In this document: one piece after another, positions 20,074 through 29,223 of the stretch
Position numbering within the stretch: position 1 is the first letter of the stretch
Layout: every line of letters starts with the position of its first letter
Source of the DNA: Candidatus Dojkabacteria bacterium
GTDB lineage: Bacteria; Patescibacteriota; Dojkabacteria; B142; OLB20
Reading direction: 5' to 3'
DNA length: 64,000 nucleotides
NCBI GenBank assembly: GCA_035444565.1
Contig: DAOMOX010000001.1
Location: 450,335 to 514,334, forward strand
Made by a program: the position numbers and the translations under genes
The notes under the pieces: model-generated
Database searches by the model: none
What the model was told of the DNA's origin: nothing
What the model saw: the letters and a program-made list of their open reading frames with translations, nothing else

Positions 20074-20862
20074 ATGACAAATAATATGAACCAACCAACC
20101 GTTCCAGAGGCAAATCCTGTAATCGAAACTCCTGTTCAACCTGATCCATTTAAAACCGATGGCTATAACGAAGCAGTAAAGCAAGGGAATTCTATGAAAA
20201 TTGTTTTATTGGTAGTTATTTTTCTAATTTTTGGAGTGTTAGTAGCGTATATTTTGATGAATTATTTAGGAGGGGATGAAGAGCCAGAAGTTGTCACTCC
20301 CACAGCGGTTCCAACGGTGGAGGCGACATCTGCAGTAATTGAGCCGACGGTAACACCACCAGGTATTTCTTCAGGTTACAAAGATTTTACATTCCCCGCT
20401 TATATTCCAGACAATAAAGATAATCCATTCACAATTAGCGGTAAAGCTTTAGAAGACTCTGAATCTGCTATATTAGAAGATGAAGGATCAGTAGGCTTTA
20501 CCATCAGCGGAGAAGATTATCAACTAAATGTAAAAGCTTATTTTGAATCTCAAAATACACCGTACAATGAATATTTCTTCCTTGAAAGAGATGGAGCGGA
20601 TACAATAGCAAGAGTGAAACACGATTATATTGAGGCTACTAAAGATCTCTATAAATACGTTAGATCAGATGATGTAAGTGAGACTATTGATTGTAAAGGG
20701 ATGGGTCCAGAGGATATAATCCCCGCTCCTTGCGGACAAGCACGTTATACAAGTTACAATCAAGTTGAAACATTTTATATTCTAGATATCACATGTGATG
20801 CTGATGCTGAAAACGTAACGAAGTGTGATGAAATAGTTAAATCTCTTGAAATTCAATATTAG
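20074..20862 (+). CDS. single-pass surface protein with four-cysteine C-terminal domain
   Basis: TM helix, PT linker, C..APCG..ITC..KCDEIVKSL; paralogs at 32030 and 32870. Confidence 0.7.
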   Translation: MTNNMNQPTVPEANPVIETPVQPDPFKTDGYNEAVKQGNSMKIVLLVVIFLIFGVLVAYILMNYLGGDEEPEVVTPTAVPTVEATSAVIEPTVTPPGISSGYKDFTFPAYIPDNKDNPFTISGKALEDSESAILEDEGSVGFTISGEDYQLNVKAYFESQNTPYNEYFFLERDGADTIARVKHDYIEATKDLYKYVRSDDVSETIDCKGMGPEDIIPAPCGQARYTSYNQVETFYILDITCDADAENVTKCDEIVKSLEIQY

Positions 20863-21254
20863 TTCTCGACGCTTAATCTTTCAAGTTCCTTAAGGATTTC
20901 GGTCTTTCCTTTAAAGCAGTTGTTTTCTGCCACGAGTAAAGGGACCCCTTTCTGATCTTCTGGTATACCACATTTTTCAATACTATTATCAAATCCTCGT
21001 TTATTTAAACTATTGCCTTTTAAACTTTTTATCGATAAATCAATATGATTTGAGTATTCACGAAATTCAATTTCATCTATAGTTTCTTCGCAGAACCCAC
21101 AATCGGAATCGGTATAAAGGACAATCTTGTTAGGATTATTCACTCCATATGTATAATTTAAAACCATTATTAATGCCAAGATATTCACGAGGAATAGGGC
21201 GATTGGACTTTTAGACTTCATTTTAGAATATTTCATGTAGTTATTATAGCTCAT
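20859..21254 (-). CDS. glutaredoxin-like protein, membrane anchored
   Basis: CGFC, GVP, C.KGKTEI. Confidence 0.75.
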   Translation of the reverse strand: MSYNNYMKYSKMKSKSPIALFLVNILALIMVLNYTYGVNNPNKIVLYTDSDCGFCEETIDEIEFREYSNHIDLSIKSLKGNSLNKRGFDNSIEKCGIPEDQKGVPLLVAENNCFKGKTEILKELERLSVEN

Positions 21255-21318
21255 TGGAAATTATTATATTAATGATTCTAACTCTATTGATAAATCCTCA
21301 TTCGAGTTATAATTAGCC

Positions 21319-21684
21319 ATGAAGGCAAAGCTGACAGGTGGAATTCTATCATTCGTGGGTTTTGTATTATCTCCGGTTTCCTGGTGGAATGATCTTGTTG
21401 TAAATTTCCCTTTGAGTTATTTAATGGCTTTACCTTTTGGGCTATTAAATGAAAAACTGTTTTTACCTTCTTTCGTAATTGCTTATTGGATGACAAATAT
21501 TATCGGGATACTTTTGATGCATATTGGAGTAAAAAAGATTGCGAGTAAACAAAAAAAGAATGAAAATAAAAAAGAATTAATAACAACTTTGGTTTTCGGG
21601 ATGATATATACCGCTTTGATAATTGCCCTGGTTTTAACAGAAGTATTAAAGATCCCGGAATCGATACTGAATAGGTTTAGGTGA
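21319..21684 (+). CDS. hypothetical membrane protein
   Basis: LSPVSWWND..VNFPLSY conserved-looking motif; hydrophobic. Confidence 0.7.
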   Translation: MKAKLTGGILSFVGFVLSPVSWWNDLVVNFPLSYLMALPFGLLNEKLFLPSFVIAYWMTNIIGILLMHIGVKKIASKQKKNENKKELITTLVFGMIYTALIIALVLTEVLKIPESILNRFR

Positions 21685-21714
21685 GTGTAATTATAATTAA
21701 ATCAATTACAAAAT

Positions 21715-22191
21715 ATGAATAAGGACCTAACAATTGATTTTGGTGCCTCAATGTTAAATATTCGTGTACTTCTCCTGATTAAATACAAAGGGGGATATTT
21801 GTTTGAGTTAAACACAGATGATTACTATTTTGCTATTGGTGGTAGAGTTAAGTTCGGAGAGTCATCCTCAGAAGCTGCAAAGAGAGAATTGAAAGAAGAG
21901 TTGGATTATAATGATTTAGAATTAGAACTAATTGGTTTAATCGAGAATTTCTTCGTAATAGGTGAAAAATCGGTTCATGAGGTGAACTTTGTTTATGGTG
22001 GGGCGATAAAAGATGAAATTGACTTCAATAATTTAAAATCAAATCATAAAGGTTTTAGCTCCCTTTTACCAGAAGATGTTATGACTAGCGATGTAAGACC
22101 AAAAGTATTAAAAGAGCTTATCCCAAAGCTATTAAGTAATTATGACGAGATTGGAGAGTTTATACATTTGGTGAATAGGGATTCAGCATGA
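21715..22191 (+). CDS. NUDIX hydrolase
   Basis: GGRVKFGESSSEAAKRELKEEL. Confidence 0.9.
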   Translation: MNKDLTIDFGASMLNIRVLLLIKYKGGYLFELNTDDYYFAIGGRVKFGESSSEAAKRELKEELDYNDLELELIGLIENFFVIGEKSVHEVNFVYGGAIKDEIDFNNLKSNHKGFSSLLPEDVMTSDVRPKVLKELIPKLLSNYDEIGEFIHLVNRDSA

Positions 22192-22443
22192 CCTGAATTA
22201 AAATTTCGTAACTATTTATTAAGTAAATTTCTACCCAAGTTTTTTCAAAAGTTTATTATATTGTCCCTCGGTCAAGAATATCCTATGAACGTTAGGATTT
22301 TTAGTATCTCCCGTTAATGTTGCTGTATCTGATACTCCCCAATTTGTTATGGTCATATTTGTTATATTTAAGTCCAGGGAGAAGTATTTTGGAGATTTAT
22401 TAATTTCATCTTTTAATATAGCTTATAGGCAATTTTATCTGTA

Positions 22444-22797
22444 TTAATTATTCCTCGTGCTTTGGTTAAGAGCAACTGCATCTTTAACTAATTTCTTAAA
22501 TGCTGATTCATCTAATTTGTCTTCCTCGTGAATAATAATGGCTCGATAACTATTTATAAGACCTTTTTTATCCATCTCTTTGAGGGCTGGCCCTTTGGAG
22601 AAAGCAAATCTTAGATGTTCTTTATATGTTTCTCCTGTTGTGAGCATACCGTTTTTATACCAAACAAAAACCCCAGCGGGATTAGACGGCGTTTTATATT
22701 TAACCTCTTCTTTTATTTCCGGATCAGCTTCTTTGATTAATTCCCTTATTCGGGACATAGTTTTAATTCGCCAATCGCTTGAAGTTGAATTTTCCAT
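22444..22797 (-). CDS. DUF1801 (YdhG-like) protein
   Basis: RELIKEADPEIKEEVK, GETYK...F.KG, RAI.IHE...ESAFKKLVK.A; start at MENST. Confidence 0.85.
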   Translation of the reverse strand: MENSTSSDWRIKTMSRIRELIKEADPEIKEEVKYKTPSNPAGVFVWYKNGMLTTGETYKEHLRFAFSKGPALKEMDKKGLINSYRAIIIHEEDKLDESAFKKLVKDAVALNQSTRNN

Positions 22798-22879
22798 AAA
22801 TTTAATACGAGAGAAGTTTGAATACTCAATAAAATGTAACAATTACAATCCTACCTACACAAGTCTTTGAGTAGGCATG

Positions 22880-22925
22880 GAAGCGCTTTCGACTTCACCC
22901 CACCTTGGCAGTGCAAGCTCAGCCA
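22880..22925 (-). repeat. degenerate tRNA-Ser D-arm copy with inserted hairpin, downstream of the tRNA
   Basis: Minus strand GGCTGAG-CTTGCACTGCCAAGGTGGGGTGAAG-TCGAAAGCGCTTC; flanks match the tRNA D-arm. Confidence 0.75.
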
Positions 22926-22944
22926 ATACATTAAAAATACTAAA

Positions 22945-23029
22945 CGGAGAGGACAGGATTCGAACCTGCGGTCCCTTGCGAGACACTTCGTTAGCAGTGA
23001 AGCGCTTTCGACCACTCAGCCACCTCTCC
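22945..23029 (-). tRNA. tRNA-Ser(GCT), CCA not encoded
   Basis: GGAGAGG acceptor, TGGCTGAGTGGTCGAAAGC D-arm, CTTCA-CTGCTAA-CGAAG anticodon arm, long variable arm, GGTTCGAATCC, discriminator G. Confidence 0.95.
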
Positions 23030-23266
23030 GTTTAGTATTTTTTTAAATCCATTTCCACCTTTGTATGATTTTACCAGTTTCTCATAATCATAGGCATCTT
23101 TACTTGACTCGAACTCTCTATACATAAATAACGCCCAAGGCTTGTATCGAAAAACAAATCTGCGCTTATCAGTCCCATTGTGATGTTTTAGCCGTTTAGC
23201 CAAATCTTTAGTACAGCCAATATAGTACTTGTTATCAATGTTTTTTAAAATCTAAACATAATGCAT
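22991..23266 (-). pseudogene. small GIY-YIG nuclease, copy 1; amber stop at codon 5; C-terminus encoded by the tRNA
   Basis: MHYV*ILK...KYYIGCTKDLAKRLKHHN...YKPW...A...EK.VKS.KGG; ends NGEVAEWSKALHC with the stop in the anticodon loop. Confidence 0.85.
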
Positions 23267-23658
23267 AGATTTGAAGCACGCCTTTAGCAGTATAAGCTTT
23301 CGACTTCACCCCGCCCTGGCGGGGCAAGCTCAGCCACCTCTCCGTTTAGTATTTTTTTAAATCCATTTCCACCTTTGTATGATTTTACCAGTTTCTCATA
23401 ATCATAGGCATCTTTACTTGACTCGAACTCTCTATACATAAATAACGCCCAAGGCTTGTATCGAAAAACAAATCTGCGCTTATCAGTCCCATTGTGATGT
23501 TTTAGCCGTTTAGCCAAATCTTTAGTACAGCCAATATAGTACTTGTTATCAATGTTTTTTAAAATCTAAACATAATGCATAGATTTGAAGCACGCCTTTA
23601 GCAGTATAAGCTTTCGACTTCACCCCGCCCTGGCGGGGCAAGCTCAGCCACCTCTCCG
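23015..23658. repeat. tandem duplication, 314-bp unit x2 plus a partial third
   Basis: CTCAGCCACCTCTCCG recurs at 23015, 23329 and 23643; the intervening sequences appear identical. Confidence 0.95.
23284..23580 (-). pseudogene. small GIY-YIG nuclease, copy 2, same amber stop
   Basis: Same as copy 1 but ends in a hairpin-interrupted pseudo-tRNA 5' half (NGEVAELAPPGRGEVESLYC). Confidence 0.85.
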
Positions 23659-23679
23659 CATAGGTCTTTAAGCACTAAG

Positions 23680-23770
23680 TTTATCAGCCGTAATCTTGAT
23701 GAAGGTTGATTTACCCACCGTAGTTTCAACAAAGGTGGGCCACCTCTCCGTTTAGTATTTTTCTGAAACC
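23680..23770 (-). repeat. remnant of a further GIY-YIG 3' end/tRNA 5' start followed by REP-like hairpins
   Basis: Minus strand GGTTTCAGAAAAATACTAAACGGAGAGGTGGC (GFRKILNGEVA) running into CCCACC-TTTGTTGAAACTAC-GGTGGG, then CAACCTTCATCAAGATTACGGCTG. Confidence 0.65.
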
Positions 23771-23914
23771 TATTCAATCAAGTCCTCAATTATATCAACA
23801 CCCAACACAATCTCACAAATCAATCGAATTTACAAAACTTTAATGATTCCTTCATACAATAAATATGCTACACAGTTATTATATGTTCATTAATTTATTT
23901 ATTAAGTTTATTTT

Positions 23915-24163
23915 ATGGGAATCTTAGTATTCATAGTAATCGGTCTAATTGCCGGTTGGATTGCATCTGTAATTATGAAAACAGATGGTAGTCAAGGTAT
24001 GGTAGGAGATATTATCGTAGGTATTTTGGGTGCACTTATCGGAGGACTTGTAATGAGTTTCTTAGGCGGACAAGGTGTAACAGGGTTTAACTTGTACAGT
24101 ATTGTAGTGGCAGTTCTTGGTGCAGTTATACTATTGGCGGTTGTAAAAGCGGTTAAGAAATAA
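23915..24163 (+). CDS. GlsB/YeaQ/YmgE family stress-response membrane protein
   Basis: IGLIAGWIAS...GDIIVGILGALIGG...SIVVAVLGAVILL. Confidence 0.92.
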   Translation: MGILVFIVIGLIAGWIASVIMKTDGSQGMVGDIIVGILGALIGGLVMSFLGGQGVTGFNLYSIVVAVLGAVILLAVVKAVKK

Positions 24164-24206
24164 CTTAATTTAATCATATTTTTTATATAATTATTAATAG
24201 AATAAA

Positions 24207-24617
24207 ATGGAAGAAGTAAATACACATGTTGAAACGAGCCGTACTGTTGACCCAATGTCAGGTACAGTAGTTAAAAGACAACATGTAGTTAGAGAGAATG
24301 GTTTACCTGAGGATGAGTTTGCTTTGGCGAAATTCAATCAAGTGATTTGGTATATAACTCACCTGATTGTGATTTTAATTGTACTAAGAGTTTTATTCTA
24401 TCTGTTAGGTGCAAACCCACAGGGGATTGTAAGTTTCATTTATAGCTTAACAAATTTATTTGTCGCACCATTTAGAGGAATATTTCCTTCACCATCAGAG
24501 TCTGGATCATTCTTTGACACAGCAGGTGTGGTTGCAATAGGGTTCTACTATTTATTAGCATTTATAGTTACAAGTTTCTTGAGGATATTATCTAAAAGAA
24601 ACGTAGAACAAATCTAA
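24207..24617 (+). CDS. YggT-like membrane protein
   Basis: LRVLFYLLGANP...FIYSLT..FVAPFRGIF. Confidence 0.75.
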   Translation: MEEVNTHVETSRTVDPMSGTVVKRQHVVRENGLPEDEFALAKFNQVIWYITHLIVILIVLRVLFYLLGANPQGIVSFIYSLTNLFVAPFRGIFPSPSESGSFFDTAGVVAIGFYYLLAFIVTSFLRILSKRNVEQI

Positions 24618-24636
24618 TATTGAATAAATATGAATT

Positions 24637-24661
24637 AGCCCTCCAAATGGAGGGCTTTTTT
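24637..24661 (+). terminator. intrinsic terminator
   Basis: AGCCCTCCA-AA-TGGAGGGCT followed by T run. Confidence 0.85.
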
Positions 24662-24713
24662 ATTGCCAAAACGATTAGTTAGTGGGACAATTTGGGATAA
24701 TTCTGTTTAACGA

Positions 24714-25907
24714 ATGATAGGACGAAACACTAAAATCTTTCTTGCAACTCAACTTACCCATTCGTTGATATTCACTATCCCAATTTGGATTGTTTTTTAT
24801 CAAAACTATGTAACACCGAGTCAGTTAGCGGTAATTGTAATGCTCACATATGCTGTCCAAATGATTATGGAATTGCCAAGTGGAGCATTAGCTGATTTGA
24901 TAGGTCGAAGAAGCACATTAATTATTTCATTTCTATTAGGGGCGATAAGTTATATTTTAATTTCATTTGGAACATCCTATCTCTACTTTGTTATTATCAA
25001 TGTCATTGTTGGGATTAGCGACTCATTTAGATCAGGGGCGGAAGAAGCGATAATTTACGACACATTCAAAGAGAAGGATTCACACGAATTCGAAAAAATT
25101 AACTCAAAAGGCAATTTGGTTTATCAAACAGGGCTCATAGTTGGAACCATATCTGGAGGACTATTGTATAGTGTTAATGTTTATATACCTTTTATACTTT
25201 ATGGAATGTCTTTGTTAGTCGGCTTTCTATTAACATTCTTCTATATTGAACCCAAAATTGACTCTGAAAAATTCACATTGAATAATTACATCAAACAGAT
25301 TAAAACCGGAACTAAAGAAGTATTCAAAGATAAGTTAACAACCTATACATCTTTGTTTTATATCGCAGTAGGGGGTATTACCTGGACGAATGCATTGTAT
25401 TTCGGATCATTTTTTATGGTTGGGTTGGGTTTTGATGATGCGCAAAGAGGTTTTATTCAAGGTGGGACTAGGTTAATAAATGCATTATTATTCACGTATA
25501 TTTTAAAGAAAATAAAGTTGAGTGAAAGGTTTAAAATTGTAATATTTCCAATTATCATGACCTTAGCTTTTCTCCCTGGAATATTTCTTGAAGGGTGGGT
25601 GGGTGTGCCATTTTTTGCGCTCGCATTACTTACAACGACTGGAAGATGGATACTCTTAACTCCAATTACAAACAAAATGTTCAGTTCGAAAGTGCGTGCG
25701 ACTGCAATCTCTGTGATGAGTCTGCTTATTGGATTCGTTTATCTGTTTTTGGTGGGGATTTCCGGTTTTGTGGTAGAACGATACGAGATTGGGGGGATGT
25801 ATACAGTGCTTGGAGTTATGACTATAATATTCGTTGTCCCACTAGCATATTTATTACTTAAAGTAAGAACTAGTACCAATGAAACTCAAGTACTACCCAC
25901 AAGTTGA
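24714..25907 (+). CDS. MFS transporter
   Basis: ELPSGALADLIGRR, SGAEEAIIYD, RATAIS; about 12 TM. Confidence 0.9.
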   Translation: MIGRNTKIFLATQLTHSLIFTIPIWIVFYQNYVTPSQLAVIVMLTYAVQMIMELPSGALADLIGRRSTLIISFLLGAISYILISFGTSYLYFVIINVIVGISDSFRSGAEEAIIYDTFKEKDSHEFEKINSKGNLVYQTGLIVGTISGGLLYSVNVYIPFILYGMSLLVGFLLTFFYIEPKIDSEKFTLNNYIKQIKTGTKEVFKDKLTTYTSLFYIAVGGITWTNALYFGSFFMVGLGFDDAQRGFIQGGTRLINALLFTYILKKIKLSERFKIVIFPIIMTLAFLPGIFLEGWVGVPFFALALLTTTGRWILLTPITNKMFSSKVRATAISVMSLLIGFVYLFLVGISGFVVERYEIGGMYTVLGVMTIIFVVPLAYLLLKVRTSTNETQVLPTS

Positions 25908-26463
25908 AAAGTTTGTAATTGATACATTTACTAAAAATGGTGATGAAGGTGGAATTCCGCATCTTTTAAAAACTGTGGAGTTTATCAAACTTCTTAAAAC
26001 TGATGCGGACGAGGCAATGCTTATCGCTGCTATAGCACATGATATTGAAAGAGGTTCTAAAAGTAAACAGCCATCAGAGATAATTAAAAAGCAAGGTTTT
26101 AAAGACGAAAATCATCTCAAGTATCACCAAGAGGAAGGTGCACGTATCACCGCAAAGTTTCTCAAGAATATCAACGCTGATAAAGATATGGTTGAACGTG
26201 TAGTAATGTTGATTTCAAAACACGAAGTTGGAGGAAATACAGATCAAAATCTACTGAAGGATGCTGATAGTATGAGTTTCTTCGAAACTAATGTTGAGCA
26301 TTTCGTATCGAAAAAAGTTCATGAGTATGGCTATGAGAAGGTGAAAGAAAAACTAGACTGGATGTTTAATAGGATTACACAGGATAGAGCGAAAGAGCTG
26401 GTGAGGGATAAGTATCAGGAAGCAATTAATTCTCTATCAATAGCTCAAGAAAAAGGTTGTTGA
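25879..26463 (+). CDS. HD-domain protein (DUF4202-like)
   Basis: H...AHDIER...HQEEGA...HEVGG...LKDADSMSFF. Confidence 0.8.
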   Translation: MKLKYYPQVEKFVIDTFTKNGDEGGIPHLLKTVEFIKLLKTDADEAMLIAAIAHDIERGSKSKQPSEIIKKQGFKDENHLKYHQEEGARITAKFLKNINADKDMVERVVMLISKHEVGGNTDQNLLKDADSMSFFETNVEHFVSKKVHEYGYEKVKEKLDWMFNRITQDRAKELVRDKYQEAINSLSIAQEKGC

Positions 26464-26547
26464 TTTATTTTGAGAAGGGAAAAGCAATTGCGAAGAAGAT
26501 AAAGAAACGAGTTCAAAGAATTTTTCGATATTTTGAATAAAACGAAT

Positions 26548-27495
26548 CTAGGAATGCATAAAATCTGAAATCCACATAGTTTTAATCATTTTCAATAGTG
26601 TTCCATCTATCTCAACATGTTCCTTTTTCGACAGTAGTTCAAATTTGTGTTCAAACTTTCCACCTAAAGGTAGAAAAGTCTCTTTAAAGGACTTCTGTGT
26701 ACTTGTGCCTTCTGTCCCGAGAGTGATGATTTCAACATCGGGGTAAAGATTCTTAATTTCAAGCAGTGTTTTAATTTTTAAAAGAGTACCCAATTGAGAA
26801 TAACCTCTTAACACTTTATTTGAATGGCTAGATATGACAGTGCCTTGTTTTGTACCTCTGTAATTAGATACTGAAAATAAGGCATATCCAACAATTTTAT
26901 TGATTTTGCTATCCCATAAATATCTCATATGTCCTAAGTCAGTCTCTATCCATTTATCCATTAATTGTCTATCCAATTTAGGGTCGACCCCAGTTTGAAT
27001 TTTCCATGTATCTAAAAATCGGTAAATTTCTTTGATAATCTCACTTTTTTTGTTTGTTGGGGATAAATATTGAATATTCTCATTTTTTCTTTCTGCTTTT
27101 ATGTACTTTTTATACCTTTCGGGTATTAATTCATAGAACTTACTTTCGTCAATATTTCCCCCTTTAACATAGTACTCATTGAATGTGGTTAAAGGCGCCT
27201 CACATAATGAAAAGACTCTGATTATTACATCTGGATCGTATTTTGCTTTGATAAATTCTATAAGTATGGAATCAGGTTCTCCTAGAACACGAATTATTTT
27301 CAAGTCTGTTCTCTCGTCTATCTGGAAAATTGATAATATTTCGCCATTTTTCTTAACTAGTATTACTTTAAGTCGAGGATGTTCACTCATAAACGAAAGC
27401 ATATGTAATTGATTAGTAAAATTACTATATGCAAGGGAATAGGGAAGTGTTGTTTCCGTATGACTCAAGTCTGTGACATCTAATTCTTTACCCAT
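26548..27495 (-). CDS. hypothetical protein, possible FemABX/DUF2156-like tandem GNAT fold
   Basis: C-terminal KIVGYALF...H.NK..RGY..LG...ITLG.EG.....FK..F.P pattern resembles DUF2156/Fem acyltransferases. Confidence 0.45.
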   Translation of the reverse strand: MGKELDVTDLSHTETTLPYSLAYSNFTNQLHMLSFMSEHPRLKVILVKKNGEILSIFQIDERTDLKIIRVLGEPDSILIEFIKAKYDPDVIIRVFSLCEAPLTTFNEYYVKGGNIDESKFYELIPERYKKYIKAERKNENIQYLSPTNKKSEIIKEIYRFLDTWKIQTGVDPKLDRQLMDKWIETDLGHMRYLWDSKINKIVGYALFSVSNYRGTKQGTVISSHSNKVLRGYSQLGTLLKIKTLLEIKNLYPDVEIITLGTEGTSTQKSFKETFLPLGGKFEHKFELLSKKEHVEIDGTLLKMIKTMWISDFMHS

Positions 27496-27617
27496 TTATC
27501 AATTTAGTTTATGGGTGTGATTATAACATCGAAACCTCTTGTTTAATATCTCGGTGCGCCATATGTCCGACAGGAGCCGTGTATTAATGGTATAATATAT
27601 ATAGTAATAATATAGAT

Positions 27618-29207
27618 TTGCTAGAACCTTGGACAGAAGAACAACTACATGACGTATACGAAAACGGTGTAACCGCATTTGGACTTCTCATGCTTATTGA
27701 TAATTTAGAAATTAATCAATCCCCCGGTTGGTTAAATCTTGGACAAAACAAGGAGGGAAAGGATTTCGAGTTTCAAAGACTAATTAGAAATACTGCACAA
27801 AAATTAGCATGTTTAGAGATACGTTACCCAAACTTAAACGACAGTGTAGACGATGATCTTTATAATCATATTATTGGAAACCCTACTCGTTCATTGATAC
27901 AATGGATGCAATTTTATTTGTTAGGATTAGGACATGGAGAAGGGATTATATCAACGGATAAATTAGTAATAATTTGTTCAGAGACATGCGTGTTGGATTT
28001 TATTGAAAGAAATTTAGAGAACATACCACGCACGGAACTATCTTTAGAGGAAACAATCGGAGATATTTATGAGGGTCCGAAAACATGCTCAAGATATTTA
28101 TATATTTCTCCTACTTGTGGCGAAGATTCTTTCTCCTCAATTAAAGAAATATACCTAGAATACAATCAAACTTTTTCAGAATTTACAGAATTCCTTTCCA
28201 AATATCCCTTTTTATTTGAAATGAATATGGATACTTATATCAATCCGACAACTATTAGCCTCCAAGATACTCCGATTCTTTCAAAACTTAAACAGCTAGG
28301 AAAAAATTTAGACGGAATAGAGTGGAATGATGAGTTCAAAAATGATTTCGCTAATAGTTTTGTATTTTCTTTCTTTTTGATCTTGGGAGAGGAAGATTTC
28401 CAGGATCTTTATGACGAAAGAATACTAAGGTATTGGGGTGATAGATTCTGGGTTCAAGACGCAACTATTCCTCGTGCACTTGTGGTAACTCCTAATGGTT
28501 TGAAAAATCTGGCTAATGATCCAAAGAAAAGCAAATCAAATGCAAGTCATGAATATTTCCATTTTTTCTTAAATAGATATTTTTCATCTGAATCGGATCC
28601 TATGGGCTCTTCTCAATATATACTCCCAAAATGGTTAATAGAAGGTTTGTGCAATGTAATGTTTTTAACCGAGAGGGGCAGGACAGATGATGGCTTTAGG
28701 GAAGCACAAATAAATAAATTGATGAATGGAGAAGAAGAATTATTAACAGCTCAAGATATTATGAATTCAGATGATGTTAATTACCTTCATTATAGTGTCT
28801 TTACTCATTTCATATTCAAGGTACTAAATTCAGCGATTGATGGGGAAAAAGAAATCAAGTCTATTCCAATACGTTCTTACGGAATAACAAATAAAGTATT
28901 AAAAGCAATGAAAGATGCATATGGAAAATTGAAGATAATTTATCCACCAGCGCCTTCTAATCTTCATAATCTAGTCGCAATCGAGATTATTGGTTCAATA
29001 TTAAAAGATTCACGCAGTTTCAATAAATTTAACTTCAATAATTTGATGAAAACTTTTAACTCAAATAGAGAAATATTCTATGCAGACTATTTTTTCCCTG
29101 AGTGGGAGACAGACGATGAACAGTATAGAGAAATGATAAGATTCTTCCGAAAAATAAAAGAAATACAAATTAGTAAAGAAACTAACAGCAATGAAAATAA
29201 TAAATAA
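27618..29207 (+). CDS. gluzincin (peptidase MA-like) metalloprotease-motif protein
   Basis: SHEYFH followed by LPKWLIEGL; no signal peptide. Confidence 0.65.
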   Translation: MLEPWTEEQLHDVYENGVTAFGLLMLIDNLEINQSPGWLNLGQNKEGKDFEFQRLIRNTAQKLACLEIRYPNLNDSVDDDLYNHIIGNPTRSLIQWMQFYLLGLGHGEGIISTDKLVIICSETCVLDFIERNLENIPRTELSLEETIGDIYEGPKTCSRYLYISPTCGEDSFSSIKEIYLEYNQTFSEFTEFLSKYPFLFEMNMDTYINPTTISLQDTPILSKLKQLGKNLDGIEWNDEFKNDFANSFVFSFFLILGEEDFQDLYDERILRYWGDRFWVQDATIPRALVVTPNGLKNLANDPKKSKSNASHEYFHFFLNRYFSSESDPMGSSQYILPKWLIEGLCNVMFLTERGRTDDGFREAQINKLMNGEEELLTAQDIMNSDDVNYLHYSVFTHFIFKVLNSAIDGEKEIKSIPIRSYGITNKVLKAMKDAYGKLKIIYPPAPSNLHNLVAIEIIGSILKDSRSFNKFNFNNLMKTFNSNREIFYADYFFPEWETDDEQYREMIRFFRKIKEIQISKETNSNENNK

Positions 29208-29223
29208 ATAGATATTAATTATT

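Noticed and set aside
22229-22425. Minus-strand ~60-codon open stretch (KDEINKSPKYF...HRIFLTEGQYNKLLKKLG)
   Set aside because: Looks protein-like but lacks an upstream start in frame; possibly a gene remnant, too weak to call.
22945-23658. Single tRNA interrupted by a group I intron encoding a homing endonuclease
   Set aside because: The downstream tRNA is complete by itself, and the ~15 nt between each pseudo-half and the nuclease start leave no room for a ribozyme core.
22945-23770. Prophage or integrative element att site at tRNA-Ser
   Set aside because: No integrase or phage genes; the duplicated part is the tRNA 5' half and lies immediately adjacent.
27545-27585. GC-richer patch between the divergent genes as a structured RNA
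   Set aside because: No convincing stem or known motif.
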